Below are positions 28,618 through 37,785 of a stretch of DNA of 64,000 nt, in pieces. The position numbers and the translations under genes are program-made. Position 1 is the first letter of the stretch. Each line of letters opens with the position of its first letter. The DNA comes from a virus. The notes below the pieces were generated by a model that ran no database searches, was not told the DNA's origin, and saw nothing but the letters and a program-made list of their open reading frames with translations. The stretch spans positions 10,588 through 74,587 of the IMG/VR virus record IMGVR_UViG_3300017956_006678; one strand, 5' to 3'.

Positions 28618-28630
28618 TAAGAGGACAATA

Positions 28631-29803
28631 ATGAAAGTTTTACTTAGAGCACCTTTGCTTTCTTTATCAGGTTATGGAATACATTCTAGACAAATATTTG
28701 AATGGTTAGAAACAATTCCAGGAATAGAATTAACTGTTGAAATATTACAATGGGGAACAACAACTTGGTTAGTTAATGAGTCTACACAAAATGGTTTGAT
28801 TGGTAGAATTATGGAAAAATCAAGAGAGTTACAGACACCTTATGATGTTACATTTCAAGTTCAACTTCCTGATGAATGGGATACTAAATTAGGAAAAATC
28901 AACATAGGTGTTTCAGCTTATGTTGAAACAAATAAATGTTCACAAAAATGGTTAGATGCGACAAACAAAATGGATCACATTATAGTGCCTTCTAATTTTA
29001 CTAAAAATGTTATTTTAAAGTCAGGGAATGTAAAGCCTGAAATCTCAGTTGTTCCAGAGTGGTTTAATCAAGAAATAGAAAATAATAAAAAGTCTAAACC
29101 TAAGTTACATTTTAACAAAAAGTTTAATTTCTTAATGATTGGAACAGTTACTTCTAGAAATCCGGATGATGATAGAAAAAATATGCTGTATGGAATTAAA
29201 TGGTTTTGTGAAACATTTAAAGACAATAAAAACGTAGGTCTTATTTTAAAAACATCATTTGGTAAAGGTACAATGATTGATAGACATCTAACACTTAATA
29301 CTGTTAAGGGTGTTTTAAAAGAAGTAAGGAAAGGAGATTACCCTAAAGTAACTGTTGTACATGGTAATATGACACAGAAAGAAATTGCTGACTTATATAA
29401 ACATTCAAGAGTAAAATGTTTAATATCACCTACAAGAGGTGAAGGATACGGATTACCCCTTGTAGAGGCTGCAGCTTCAGGTTTGCCGGTAATGGCAACC
29501 AACTGGTCCGGTCATTTAGATTTTTTAGAAGATAAATTTATTAAAATAGACTATGACTTAGTAAACATAAATAAGTCAAGAATTGATAATAGAATATTTG
29601 TTGAAGGCACCAAGTGGGCAATGCCTAATGAATTACAATTTAAAAGAAAACTTAAAGAAGTATACGAAAATATTGAAAAATTCGAAAACAATTCAAAAGT
29701 TTTAAAGAAAAATGTTTTAAAAAATTTCTCTAAGAAAAGTATTATAAAGATATATGATGAAGTATTTGAGAAAATAAAAATTAAAAATTCAATAGAAGGA
29801 TAA
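28631..29803 (+). CDS. Glycosyltransferase family 4
   Basis: SGYGIHSR, IIVPSNF, RKN, TRGEGYGLPLVEAAASGLPVMATNWSG. Confidence 0.93.
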   Translation: MKVLLRAPLLSLSGYGIHSRQIFEWLETIPGIELTVEILQWGTTTWLVNESTQNGLIGRIMEKSRELQTPYDVTFQVQLPDEWDTKLGKINIGVSAYVETNKCSQKWLDATNKMDHIIVPSNFTKNVILKSGNVKPEISVVPEWFNQEIENNKKSKPKLHFNKKFNFLMIGTVTSRNPDDDRKNMLYGIKWFCETFKDNKNVGLILKTSFGKGTMIDRHLTLNTVKGVLKEVRKGDYPKVTVVHGNMTQKEIADLYKHSRVKCLISPTRGEGYGLPLVEAAASGLPVMATNWSGHLDFLEDKFIKIDYDLVNINKSRIDNRIFVEGTKWAMPNELQFKRKLKEVYENIEKFENNSKVLKKNVLKNFSKKSIIKIYDEVFEKIKIKNSIEG

Positions 29804-29814
29804 TAGGTATTCAA

Positions 29815-30156
29815 ATGTCTGTAATTACAATTGGAATAATTGTATTTTTATTATTGTTAAGTTGCGTTACAAGTTATTATGCGATTAAGTTTGGTATGAT
29901 ATTACTTAATGTGCAGGATTCTATTAATGATTCTTTGGATGAATTAGATGAAAGCTATATTAAGATTAAAGAAATTTCAGAAAAGCCAATCTTTTTCGAC
30001 TCAGTTGAAGTTAGACAGTGTATCAATGAAATTATTAACGTGAGAAACACTGTTATTAAAATAGCTACTAGATTAACTAATATTGGAACAGTAGGAGTAA
30101 TTGGTAGTAATAGCAATCCAGGAGACGCAATTGAAAGGCAAGAAGAAAACAATTAA
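29815..30156 (+). CDS. Hypothetical protein with N-terminal membrane anchor and coiled coil
   Basis: ITIGIIVFLLLLSCVTSYYAI hydrophobic segment. Confidence 0.65.
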   Translation: MSVITIGIIVFLLLLSCVTSYYAIKFGMILLNVQDSINDSLDELDESYIKIKEISEKPIFFDSVEVRQCINEIINVRNTVIKIATRLTNIGTVGVIGSNSNPGDAIERQEENN

Positions 30157-30898
30157 TTTAAATAGTACTACAAAAACAACTAAACCTAAGAAAAAGAGAA
30201 AATCAAAAAGATTATATTTTGGGCCTGAAACTGATCAGGCAATTGTAGATTATCAAAGTACTGATTGCATTGAAGAAAAATCACAATTATATCACGATAT
30301 TATTCAACCAAGCTTTTCTAAACTGTCTGAAAATTTAATTTTTATTCATGGATTTGCAAAAAATCATCATAGTTATGAAGCCCTAAAAGGTGATTGTGTT
30401 TCATTTTTATTTGAAACACTTCAAAAATTTGATACATCAAGAGGGTCTAAAGCTTTTAGTTATTTTAACGTCGTAGCTAAAAACTGGTTAATTATTCAAA
30501 GTAAAAAGCGTGTCAAAAATAAAACAAGACACATAAGCATGAGCAACTTTAAAGAATTTAAAACACAAGATAAAGAAATGATTGAAATGCACAATCACGT
30601 ACCTTCACAAGATATTCGAGTCATCGCAAAAGAAAATTACAAAATATTAGATGAAATATTTGTAAAAATTAAAAGAAAAATTAACAATCCAAATGAAGAA
30701 GCATGCATGCATGCAATTGAGACTTTGTTTAACAGAATAGATGACTTAGATTTTCTTAACAAAAGAGCTATTTTTGTTTACATGAGAGACATATCAGGTT
30801 TGACACCTAAACAGCTTTCTGTTGCAATGTCAAACATTCGAAGACATTATAGAGATATTAAAGGAACTGATGTGGAATATTTTTCTCTCTTTTTTTAG
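30131..30898 (+). CDS. Phage sigma factor, T4 gp55-like (late transcription)
   Basis: LQKFDTSRGSKAFSYFNVVAKNWLI (sigma region 2); located just before the structural genes; GGAG SD before TTG30131. Confidence 0.7.
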   Translation: MKGKKKTINLNSTTKTTKPKKKRKSKRLYFGPETDQAIVDYQSTDCIEEKSQLYHDIIQPSFSKLSENLIFIHGFAKNHHSYEALKGDCVSFLFETLQKFDTSRGSKAFSYFNVVAKNWLIIQSKKRVKNKTRHISMSNFKEFKTQDKEMIEMHNHVPSQDIRVIAKENYKILDEIFVKIKRKINNPNEEACMHAIETLFNRIDDLDFLNKRAIFVYMRDISGLTPKQLSVAMSNIRRHYRDIKGTDVEYFSLFF

Positions 30899-30917
30899 TT
30901 AACCTACGGAGAATTTT

Positions 30918-31283
30918 ATGACAAAAAATATCGATAGAGAAATGAAAAAAGCAAAGTCTCAAAAAACAAAAATTGAACAATTCAGTGACTTACTTGATAG
31001 TTTGACAAATACAGAAGATAAAAAGAAAATGCTTTGGAAAGAAGCATATGAAAATGCTATCTATGATAGAGAAAACGCTAATATTCTTTTAACAGACTTA
31101 CTTTTACAAGTTAAGGGAAGCGTTCCACTTCATACATCGTTAGGGTCAATAATGTCTAAGTATTTAGAAAGAATGTCAAAATCAAATGATCAAATACTTA
31201 GACTAGCTGAATTAATTGCAAAAGAAGAAGAAAAGAACGAAATTTCTGCGGACGACATATTTAATCAAATAACAGGAGATTAA
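30918..31283 (+). CDS. Hypothetical helical protein
   Basis: 121-aa ORF with GGAG SD. Confidence 0.7.
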   Translation: MTKNIDREMKKAKSQKTKIEQFSDLLDSLTNTEDKKKMLWKEAYENAIYDRENANILLTDLLLQVKGSVPLHTSLGSIMSKYLERMSKSNDQILRLAELIAKEEEKNEISADDIFNQITGD

Positions 31284-32714
31284 ATGTTTGCAAATACGAA
31301 AGATCGTCGTCTTTCTAGACATGGAAGCAATATAATTGAGTCTGAAGAAAGAGATCAAATAGGATCCGGTCTTTTAAGAAAAAGCAAGACCATTTTTGAT
31401 ACTGCAATTGTTGTTGACTTCGTATCAAACCCTGTAGAATTTTTATCACAAAAAATTGAAGTTATTAAAGTAGATAAAAGAAGAATTGGTAATGCTAAAG
31501 AAAAAGTAGGATCGATTGTTGATAAAGCAAAAGAAAATTTAAAAAAGATTAATAAATTTAGTTCTACCAGTTTGATACAATCAACAGCTAATCAATTAGG
31601 AATGAACACAGAAGAAGTTGATTATCTTTTAAACTTTGGTCAAACACAAAATTTATCTAGATTAGATGCATTTACACAGCAAGATAGCTCTGCTCTTGTT
31701 GTTAATCCTGAATTAGTTAGTATAATGCCCAGGAATAGTATTTTAGCAATCAATATTTCAAATGAAGATAGATTAGATAAAACAAAAGCAGAAGTATTTT
31801 TTCCTTTTTTCCCACAACATTTATCTTTACCTGTTAAAGCAGGTGAACATGTTTGGTGTTTTTATGAAAACATTAATGGTAAAAAAATTGGTTATTGGGT
31901 TTCTAGAAAGTCTGCAACTTTGCCTGTTGATGATTTAAATTACACACATCTAGACAGAAATGTTTTAATTAATACAGCAGTTGGAATACTTAAATCAAAA
32001 ACATCATCAAGAAATAAAGAAACAGCATTAACTGAACTTTTTAAAACCTTTCCTAATGCGTCTAATTCTATAAATAAAAAATCAAAAACACTTAATGAAT
32101 TAGAATATGATGACATATTAAATAATTCAAAAAGTTACAGAGAGGAATTTGTAGGACAAGCAGTTCCTAGGTACAATAAAAAATGCTCTGATTTAGTACT
32201 GCAAGGATCAAATAATACCTTAATAACAATGACCCACGATGGTCTTCCTAATTCCGGAAAAATATCTATAATCGCAGGAAGAAGCTTGAATAATATACCT
32301 GTTGTAAAAAATAAAAGAGATAAATTTAAAAATTACGAGCATGAAGAAATTGATAAATCAAAAGACATTCTAGTTACTGAAAACATTAGCGTGATTAACC
32401 TAGGTCAGTTTGAAAATAATATGAATGCAGCGTCTATAGAAGTTTCTGAAACAGGCAGAATTGAAATTAAAAATAAATCAGGTGCAGCAATTATTTTAGA
32501 TCAAAATGGCGATGTAATAATTCAACCTAGTGTGACAGGGCTGCTTAAGTTAGGCGGTGAAGACGCGGATCAAGCTATATTAGGGACTCGAGGCACTGAA
32601 TCTGTACCTGGCAACGTTTTGGCTCCGGCAATAATTTCAACAATGGGTGGTGCCTTAGGCGTGCCCGGGTCTTTGCCGACAGGTGCTTTTGCAACAAAGA
32701 TTTTGGTGAAATAA
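31284..32714 (+). CDS. Putative baseplate central spike (gp5/GpV-like, no lysozyme domain seen)
   Basis: PFFP.HLSLPVKAGEHVW...YW (OB-fold-like), DLVLQGSNN, and C-terminal beta-repeats IEVSETGRIEIKNKSGAAIILDQNGDVII...KLG; lies upstream of gp25. Confidence 0.6.
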   Translation: MFANTKDRRLSRHGSNIIESEERDQIGSGLLRKSKTIFDTAIVVDFVSNPVEFLSQKIEVIKVDKRRIGNAKEKVGSIVDKAKENLKKINKFSSTSLIQSTANQLGMNTEEVDYLLNFGQTQNLSRLDAFTQQDSSALVVNPELVSIMPRNSILAINISNEDRLDKTKAEVFFPFFPQHLSLPVKAGEHVWCFYENINGKKIGYWVSRKSATLPVDDLNYTHLDRNVLINTAVGILKSKTSSRNKETALTELFKTFPNASNSINKKSKTLNELEYDDILNNSKSYREEFVGQAVPRYNKKCSDLVLQGSNNTLITMTHDGLPNSGKISIIAGRSLNNIPVVKNKRDKFKNYEHEEIDKSKDILVTENISVINLGQFENNMNAASIEVSETGRIEIKNKSGAAIILDQNGDVIIQPSVTGLLKLGGEDADQAILGTRGTESVPGNVLAPAIISTMGGALGVPGSLPTGAFATKILVK

Positions 32715-33850
32715 TGAGCATCTATAGTAAGAAAGCACCAGACGGGATAGGACTTTTAGACGATGATGGTAATTTAGCCCCAAATACAAAAGAAAAATTG
32801 CTGAACAAGGTTATAGAAAAAGCAAATAACTTACCGCCTAAGATTAGTTTGGCGGGATTAGATATCAATATTGAAGAACTCAGTAGTATGGTTTCAGATG
32901 AAAATACTTTAAAGCATTTTGAACCTACAGACGGTATAGAAGCACATAGGGAAAAATACCCACAGTATCACTCATTATACATGGATACACTGTACGTTGG
33001 ATGCGTTAAAGCATTAGATTTGCCGCCAAATGCTCAACTTAAACCCATAGGTCTGGTTGATCCAACAATCCCTGTTTTGATAATTTTTGATGTAATTGCA
33101 GAATTTACTGAAGGATTGCTAGACTTTGTTGGAGACGTGAAAGCATATATCACTTCTAAAATACACATTGTACTATCTAAAATTAAAGATATAATAGAAT
33201 TTATAGCAAAATTTTTATTAACATTTACTATTGATTTAAGTTTTATTAAAGAACTAATAAGGGCACTGCTAGCAGACTTTGTCGAAGAAAAAATACAACC
33301 TGTAATAGATAAAGTAGACGAGAAGGCTGATGAAATAAAATCAATGATTATTGATAAATTAACGGCTGTACTTGAAAAACTGTTAGGCTCTTCACCTTTT
33401 CCGATTGAAATACCCTTTATTCCTTTTGAATTAGACTTTTTTGATTTTAATTTAGGTTTTGATTTTAGTTTTCCATGGTTTGACTTAAGCATATTCCAAC
33501 TTGATCTACCCTTAGGCATAATAACATTGATTGTTGAATTTTTAAAGGGTGTAGTCACGATTGCGCAAGATGTGATTGCAGCTATAGTAAGTTCTGTCGA
33601 TGCATTTATCGAAGCATTATCTAGTGGAATTCAAGCCATTTTAGAATTTATGGTTAATTTAGTTTTGGATCCACTAATTAGATTGCTAAAGAGAATTTGG
33701 CCAGATATTGAAAAATATACTATACCTGCTGCTCATTTTATTGCAATGTTCGAACAAGTGGTACCTCTTTTAATAGTTGCCATAGTTGGAGTTTTAATAG
33801 GGCCGGGTTTAATTACATTTGGCTTAGCAACCGCTTTATCATTGATTTAG
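32714..33850 (+). CDS. Hydrophobic helical virion-associated protein with probable C-terminal TM segments
   Basis: Long amphipathic I/L/F/V helices, a Pro/Phe-rich linker and C-terminal LLIVAIVGVLIGPGLITFGLATALSLI. Confidence 0.6.
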   Translation: MSIYSKKAPDGIGLLDDDGNLAPNTKEKLLNKVIEKANNLPPKISLAGLDINIEELSSMVSDENTLKHFEPTDGIEAHREKYPQYHSLYMDTLYVGCVKALDLPPNAQLKPIGLVDPTIPVLIIFDVIAEFTEGLLDFVGDVKAYITSKIHIVLSKIKDIIEFIAKFLLTFTIDLSFIKELIRALLADFVEEKIQPVIDKVDEKADEIKSMIIDKLTAVLEKLLGSSPFPIEIPFIPFELDFFDFNLGFDFSFPWFDLSIFQLDLPLGIITLIVEFLKGVVTIAQDVIAAIVSSVDAFIEALSSGIQAILEFMVNLVLDPLIRLLKRIWPDIEKYTIPAAHFIAMFEQVVPLLIVAIVGVLIGPGLITFGLATALSLI

Positions 33851-33865
33851 TAGAAAGGAGACTTA

Positions 33866-34375
33866 ATGACAAATTTTAATTTTAAAAGTTCAGGTAAGAA
33901 ATTTGGTAGATCAGAAAATAACAAAACAACAATTAAAAATAACATTGATGATGAATTAGAACCCTTTGGAATACTGACACCACTTCAGCTTTCTCAAGAT
34001 GATAAAAGTTCTCTCTTTAAAATGAGTTTTGATATTACTGAACAAATCAGAGATAATTTAAGAAATTTACTTTTAACTTCACCTGGAGAGCGACTAGGAA
34101 GATACGATTATGGTGCAGGATTAAGAGACTTAACTTTTGAAATGATTGCACAAAATGATGATTATGAATCTAAAATTATGGAAGTAATATCTGAAAATGT
34201 TGGCAAATATATGCCTTATGTTAATCTTAAGACGCTAACAACTGAAGACGTTAAAATAGAAACAATGTCAAGTGACAGACCTTTAGCTAAATTAATATTA
34301 GAAATAAAATATGAAGTGCCTGCTTTATCATTAACGAATCAAAAAATTGTTCTCGTATTATATGTAGCAGGATAA
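33866..34375 (+). CDS. Baseplate wedge subunit, T4 gp25-like
   Basis: QIRDNLRNLLLTSPGER...DYGAGLRDLTFE...KYMPYV. Confidence 0.92.
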   Translation: MTNFNFKSSGKKFGRSENNKTTIKNNIDDELEPFGILTPLQLSQDDKSSLFKMSFDITEQIRDNLRNLLLTSPGERLGRYDYGAGLRDLTFEMIAQNDDYESKIMEVISENVGKYMPYVNLKTLTTEDVKIETMSSDRPLAKLILEIKYEVPALSLTNQKIVLVLYVAG

Positions 34376-34406
34376 TTAATTTTAAATCTAAGGAAAGGGA
34401 AATAAA

Positions 34407-36248
34407 ATGGCGACAAATGTTAAGAAAGATTTAAAAAAAGCTAGAGATTTAAGTTATCTCAATAAAGATTTTGACAGTTTTAGATCAGACTTATTAGAAT
34501 ATTCTAAGATTCATTACAGTGATGTTATTAAAGATTTTAGTGAGGCAGGTCTAGGTGGTTTATTCTTAGATATGGCAGCTTACGTAGGTGATGTTATGTC
34601 ATTTTATCTAGATCACCAATTTAGCGAATTGAGTTTGGAAACTGCGATAGAAGATAAAAACATTATCCAGCATATTAAAGATGCAGGAGTAAAAATAAGA
34701 GGGGCTAGCCCTAGTTTTTGTGAAGTCGAATTAATACTTTCAATAGCAGCAGAAATTAAAAATGGAGTTTATAGACCAGCTGAAGCACAGCTTCCTATAA
34801 TTAAAGCAGGTACAATTGTATCGTCAATTGATGGTATTGATTTTGAAGTTTTGGAGGATATTGATTTTTCTGAAACTGATATATACGGCAATCTTAAAGC
34901 AGAATATGTTGTTGACTTTGTTGATGGTCAAAATAATCCGACAATTTACTTGGTAAAAAGGAATGCTGTTGTATCGAGCGGGAAAACCAATACAGAAACT
35001 TTCACATTAGGCACATATGTTCCGTTTAGAACAATAACTTTAAGTAATTCAGACGTCACAGAGATATTATCAGTAAAAGACAGCGAAGGAAACATATACT
35101 ATGAAGTAGATAATCTTTCTCATGATATTGTTTTTAATGCAATACCTAACAAAGAGGAGGATGAAGACAAGTCAGGCTTCAGTTTGACTTTAGATCCAGC
35201 GCCTAGAAGATTTATTACAGAAGTTAATTATGAAACCGGTTTGTCTAAAATTAGATTTGGGTCAGGGAAATCAGAATACGAAGATGAGGAAGTAATTGAA
35301 GACCCGACAGACTATGCACTACCTCTCTATGGAGAACGTTTGAATTTTAAAATTAATGCAGTAGATCCAGGTAATTTATTAGAAACAAAAACTTTAGGGA
35401 TATCCCCCCAAAATACTACGTTAACTGTAAGATATAGATATGGTGGAGGCGTTAATCACAATGTTACGCCTAGATCGATCAATACAGTTAAAACAGCAAT
35501 TATGGAATATAAAATTAATACTTCACCAATTATTCAAAATTCTGTGACTAACTCTTTAATAGTTAATAATCCTAGAAGCGCTAAAGGTGGAGAATCTAGA
35601 CCGTCTTTAGAAGAATTAAGAAATATAGCATTTAGTGCTAAGTCTAGTCAAGCAAGAATTGTAAATGTCCAAGATTTACTTTATAGAGTGTACACAATGC
35701 CAGCAAAATTTGGAAAAGTCTACAGAGTTGGTGTTTCAAAAAATCCAGTATCCAATAGCGTATTAATACATGTTGTAAGTAGAGATAATAGAGAAAAGTT
35801 AACATTAGCCAATGATACACTCAAAGATAATATTGCACTTTATATTAATCAATACAGGCTGATATCTGACAGTTATGATATTGTCGACGCAGCAATTACA
35901 AATATATCGATCGAATATATTATATCTGTAGAAAATGGATATAACAGTAACGAAGTAATATCTAGATGTAATTTATTTTTAAGAAATTATTTAGATACCA
36001 AGAATATGCATATTGATATGCCGATCAATAAAACCGATTTGACAAATTTGATAATTAACGCAGAAGGTGTTGAATCTTTAGCCGGTATTCGCGTTATAAA
36101 TAAACGAGGGTCACAAGAAGGTAGGGTTTATTCAAATGTATCATTTAGCCCAAATGAAAACACAAGAAGACAAAAAGTTTATCCACCCACAGGCGGGATA
36201 TTTGAAGTAAGATATCCTGAAGCTGATATTAAAGGAGCAGTTTTATAA
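34407..36248 (+). CDS. Baseplate wedge subunit, T4 gp6/BplJ-like
   Basis: KDFDSFRSDL, DFSE...FLDMAAYVGDVMSFYLD, IRFGSG, VRYRYGGG, AKGG, QARIVNVQD. Confidence 0.92.
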   Translation: MATNVKKDLKKARDLSYLNKDFDSFRSDLLEYSKIHYSDVIKDFSEAGLGGLFLDMAAYVGDVMSFYLDHQFSELSLETAIEDKNIIQHIKDAGVKIRGASPSFCEVELILSIAAEIKNGVYRPAEAQLPIIKAGTIVSSIDGIDFEVLEDIDFSETDIYGNLKAEYVVDFVDGQNNPTIYLVKRNAVVSSGKTNTETFTLGTYVPFRTITLSNSDVTEILSVKDSEGNIYYEVDNLSHDIVFNAIPNKEEDEDKSGFSLTLDPAPRRFITEVNYETGLSKIRFGSGKSEYEDEEVIEDPTDYALPLYGERLNFKINAVDPGNLLETKTLGISPQNTTLTVRYRYGGGVNHNVTPRSINTVKTAIMEYKINTSPIIQNSVTNSLIVNNPRSAKGGESRPSLEELRNIAFSAKSSQARIVNVQDLLYRVYTMPAKFGKVYRVGVSKNPVSNSVLIHVVSRDNREKLTLANDTLKDNIALYINQYRLISDSYDIVDAAITNISIEYIISVENGYNSNEVISRCNLFLRNYLDTKNMHIDMPINKTDLTNLIINAEGVESLAGIRVINKRGSQEGRVYSNVSFSPNENTRRQKVYPPTGGIFEVRYPEADIKGAVL

Positions 36249-37774
36249 TGTATAGAATTATTTCAGGAAGTAAAGACACATATATAACTAATAGAATAAT
36301 CAATAATACATTTAGAGCGACTGATGCAAATGTAGGTTTGGCTGGGACATTAGATCTTTTCAAGCTTTATGATGAATCAACAATATCAGGAGAGACGTCA
36401 CCTATTGAATTTTCTAGATTATTAATTAAGTTTGATTACGGTCCTATACAAACATTAATTAATAACGGTGAAATAGACATTGATAGTAATTCTTTTAATG
36501 TAACTTTAAAGCTTAAAGACGTTTATGGGGGTCAAACAACTCCTGCTAATTTTAAGATTATCGCAATGCCTTTAGCTAAAAATTTTGATGAAGGTAAAGG
36601 AAGGGATATAGTTAATTTTGCTGATGTTGGCGCTACAAATTTTATAACTGCATCATATTCAAATGGATCAGCAAATGCATGGGATATATCAGGTGCACGT
36701 GCTTCTGGAAGTTTAGGCTCTAGTAATTTAGATGTTTATATTAGTGGGAGTTTAGCTGGACCTAGTGGAACAAGTATTGTTAATTTAACTGCAGAAAAAT
36801 ATTTTGCGACAGGAAAAGAAGATTTAGAACTTGATATAACTACCGCGGTATCTGCTTCCCTCTCAGGGCAGATGACTAATCATGGATTTGTAATTGCATA
36901 TTCCGGATCGTATGAAACTGATGCAAAAACATATTTTGTAAAAAGATTTGGATCAATAAATGCGTCAAATATCTATGACAGACCTTCAATGATAGTAAAA
37001 TATGATGATAGCATATTAGATAATCATAGAAATTTTGTTTTTGATGTTACCGGATCCTTATTTTTAAATAATTTTCATAGAGGCGTAAGAAGTAATATTC
37101 TCTCAGGCACTAGTGCAACGCAAGTATCTGGTTTGGATTGCATGAAATTAATTCTCAAATCTGGTTCATATGCTAGTACGCATTCTGTATCACAACATAA
37201 AGTGGGCAATAATTTTAAAACTGGAATATATTCAGCATCTTTTGCAATTAGCGAATACCATGCTGACTTAATTCATAATGCAAAGTCAGCCAGGTCAGCT
37301 TCATTTACACAAATATGGTCATCAAATGATTTAACAATAGGTTATCTAACCGGATCTTTGATTATTGAATCTCCTTTTAGAAGTTCTTATGATGGATCGA
37401 TAGAAAGAATTCTTGTAACATGTAAGAATCTTAAATCAAATTATAGAAAAAATGACAGAGTGAAAGTTAGAGTTTTTGTTGAAAATAGAAATGAAAAAGT
37501 TATATTTCAAAAATTACCTACAGAAAAATTATCTGAAGTATACAATAACATGTATTTTAGAGTTGTTGATGTACAAAAAAATGAAGTAGTAATTCCATTT
37601 GATACGAATAGAAACTCTACCAGGTTATCTTCTGACTCTGACGGTATGTTTTTTATGATTGATATGGATAGTTTAACTCCGGGAAGAGCATATAAGTTTG
37701 AATTTCTAATTAGAGACTTTGATAATGACTTTTTTGTTAACGATGCTTCTGGGAAATTTATTATTAACAATTAA
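36248..37774 (+). CDS. Virion structural protein (baseplate-associated, beta-rich)
   Basis: KDTYI...SRLLIKFD N-terminus, C-terminal DSDGMFF...PGRAYKFEFLI; follows gp6; 11 [ST][GA]S motifs. Confidence 0.7.
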   Translation: MYRIISGSKDTYITNRIINNTFRATDANVGLAGTLDLFKLYDESTISGETSPIEFSRLLIKFDYGPIQTLINNGEIDIDSNSFNVTLKLKDVYGGQTTPANFKIIAMPLAKNFDEGKGRDIVNFADVGATNFITASYSNGSANAWDISGARASGSLGSSNLDVYISGSLAGPSGTSIVNLTAEKYFATGKEDLELDITTAVSASLSGQMTNHGFVIAYSGSYETDAKTYFVKRFGSINASNIYDRPSMIVKYDDSILDNHRNFVFDVTGSLFLNNFHRGVRSNILSGTSATQVSGLDCMKLILKSGSYASTHSVSQHKVGNNFKTGIYSASFAISEYHADLIHNAKSARSASFTQIWSSNDLTIGYLTGSLIIESPFRSSYDGSIERILVTCKNLKSNYRKNDRVKVRVFVENRNEKVIFQKLPTEKLSEVYNNMYFRVVDVQKNEVVIPFDTNRNSTRLSSDSDGMFFMIDMDSLTPGRAYKFEFLIRDFDNDFFVNDASGKFIINN

Positions 37775-37785
37775 GGATAAAAGTA

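Noticed and set aside
4135-29803. Bacterial O-antigen/capsule locus or eukaryotic giant-virus segment
   Set aside because: No transport or polymerase genes, and the locus is contiguous with a phage sigma and T4-like baseplate genes; SD motifs and overlapping operons argue against an NCLDV.
30701-30715. GCAT tandem microrepeat in the sigma gene as a phase-variation tract
   Set aside because: Fewer than four units, in frame, encoding ordinary residues (ACMHA).
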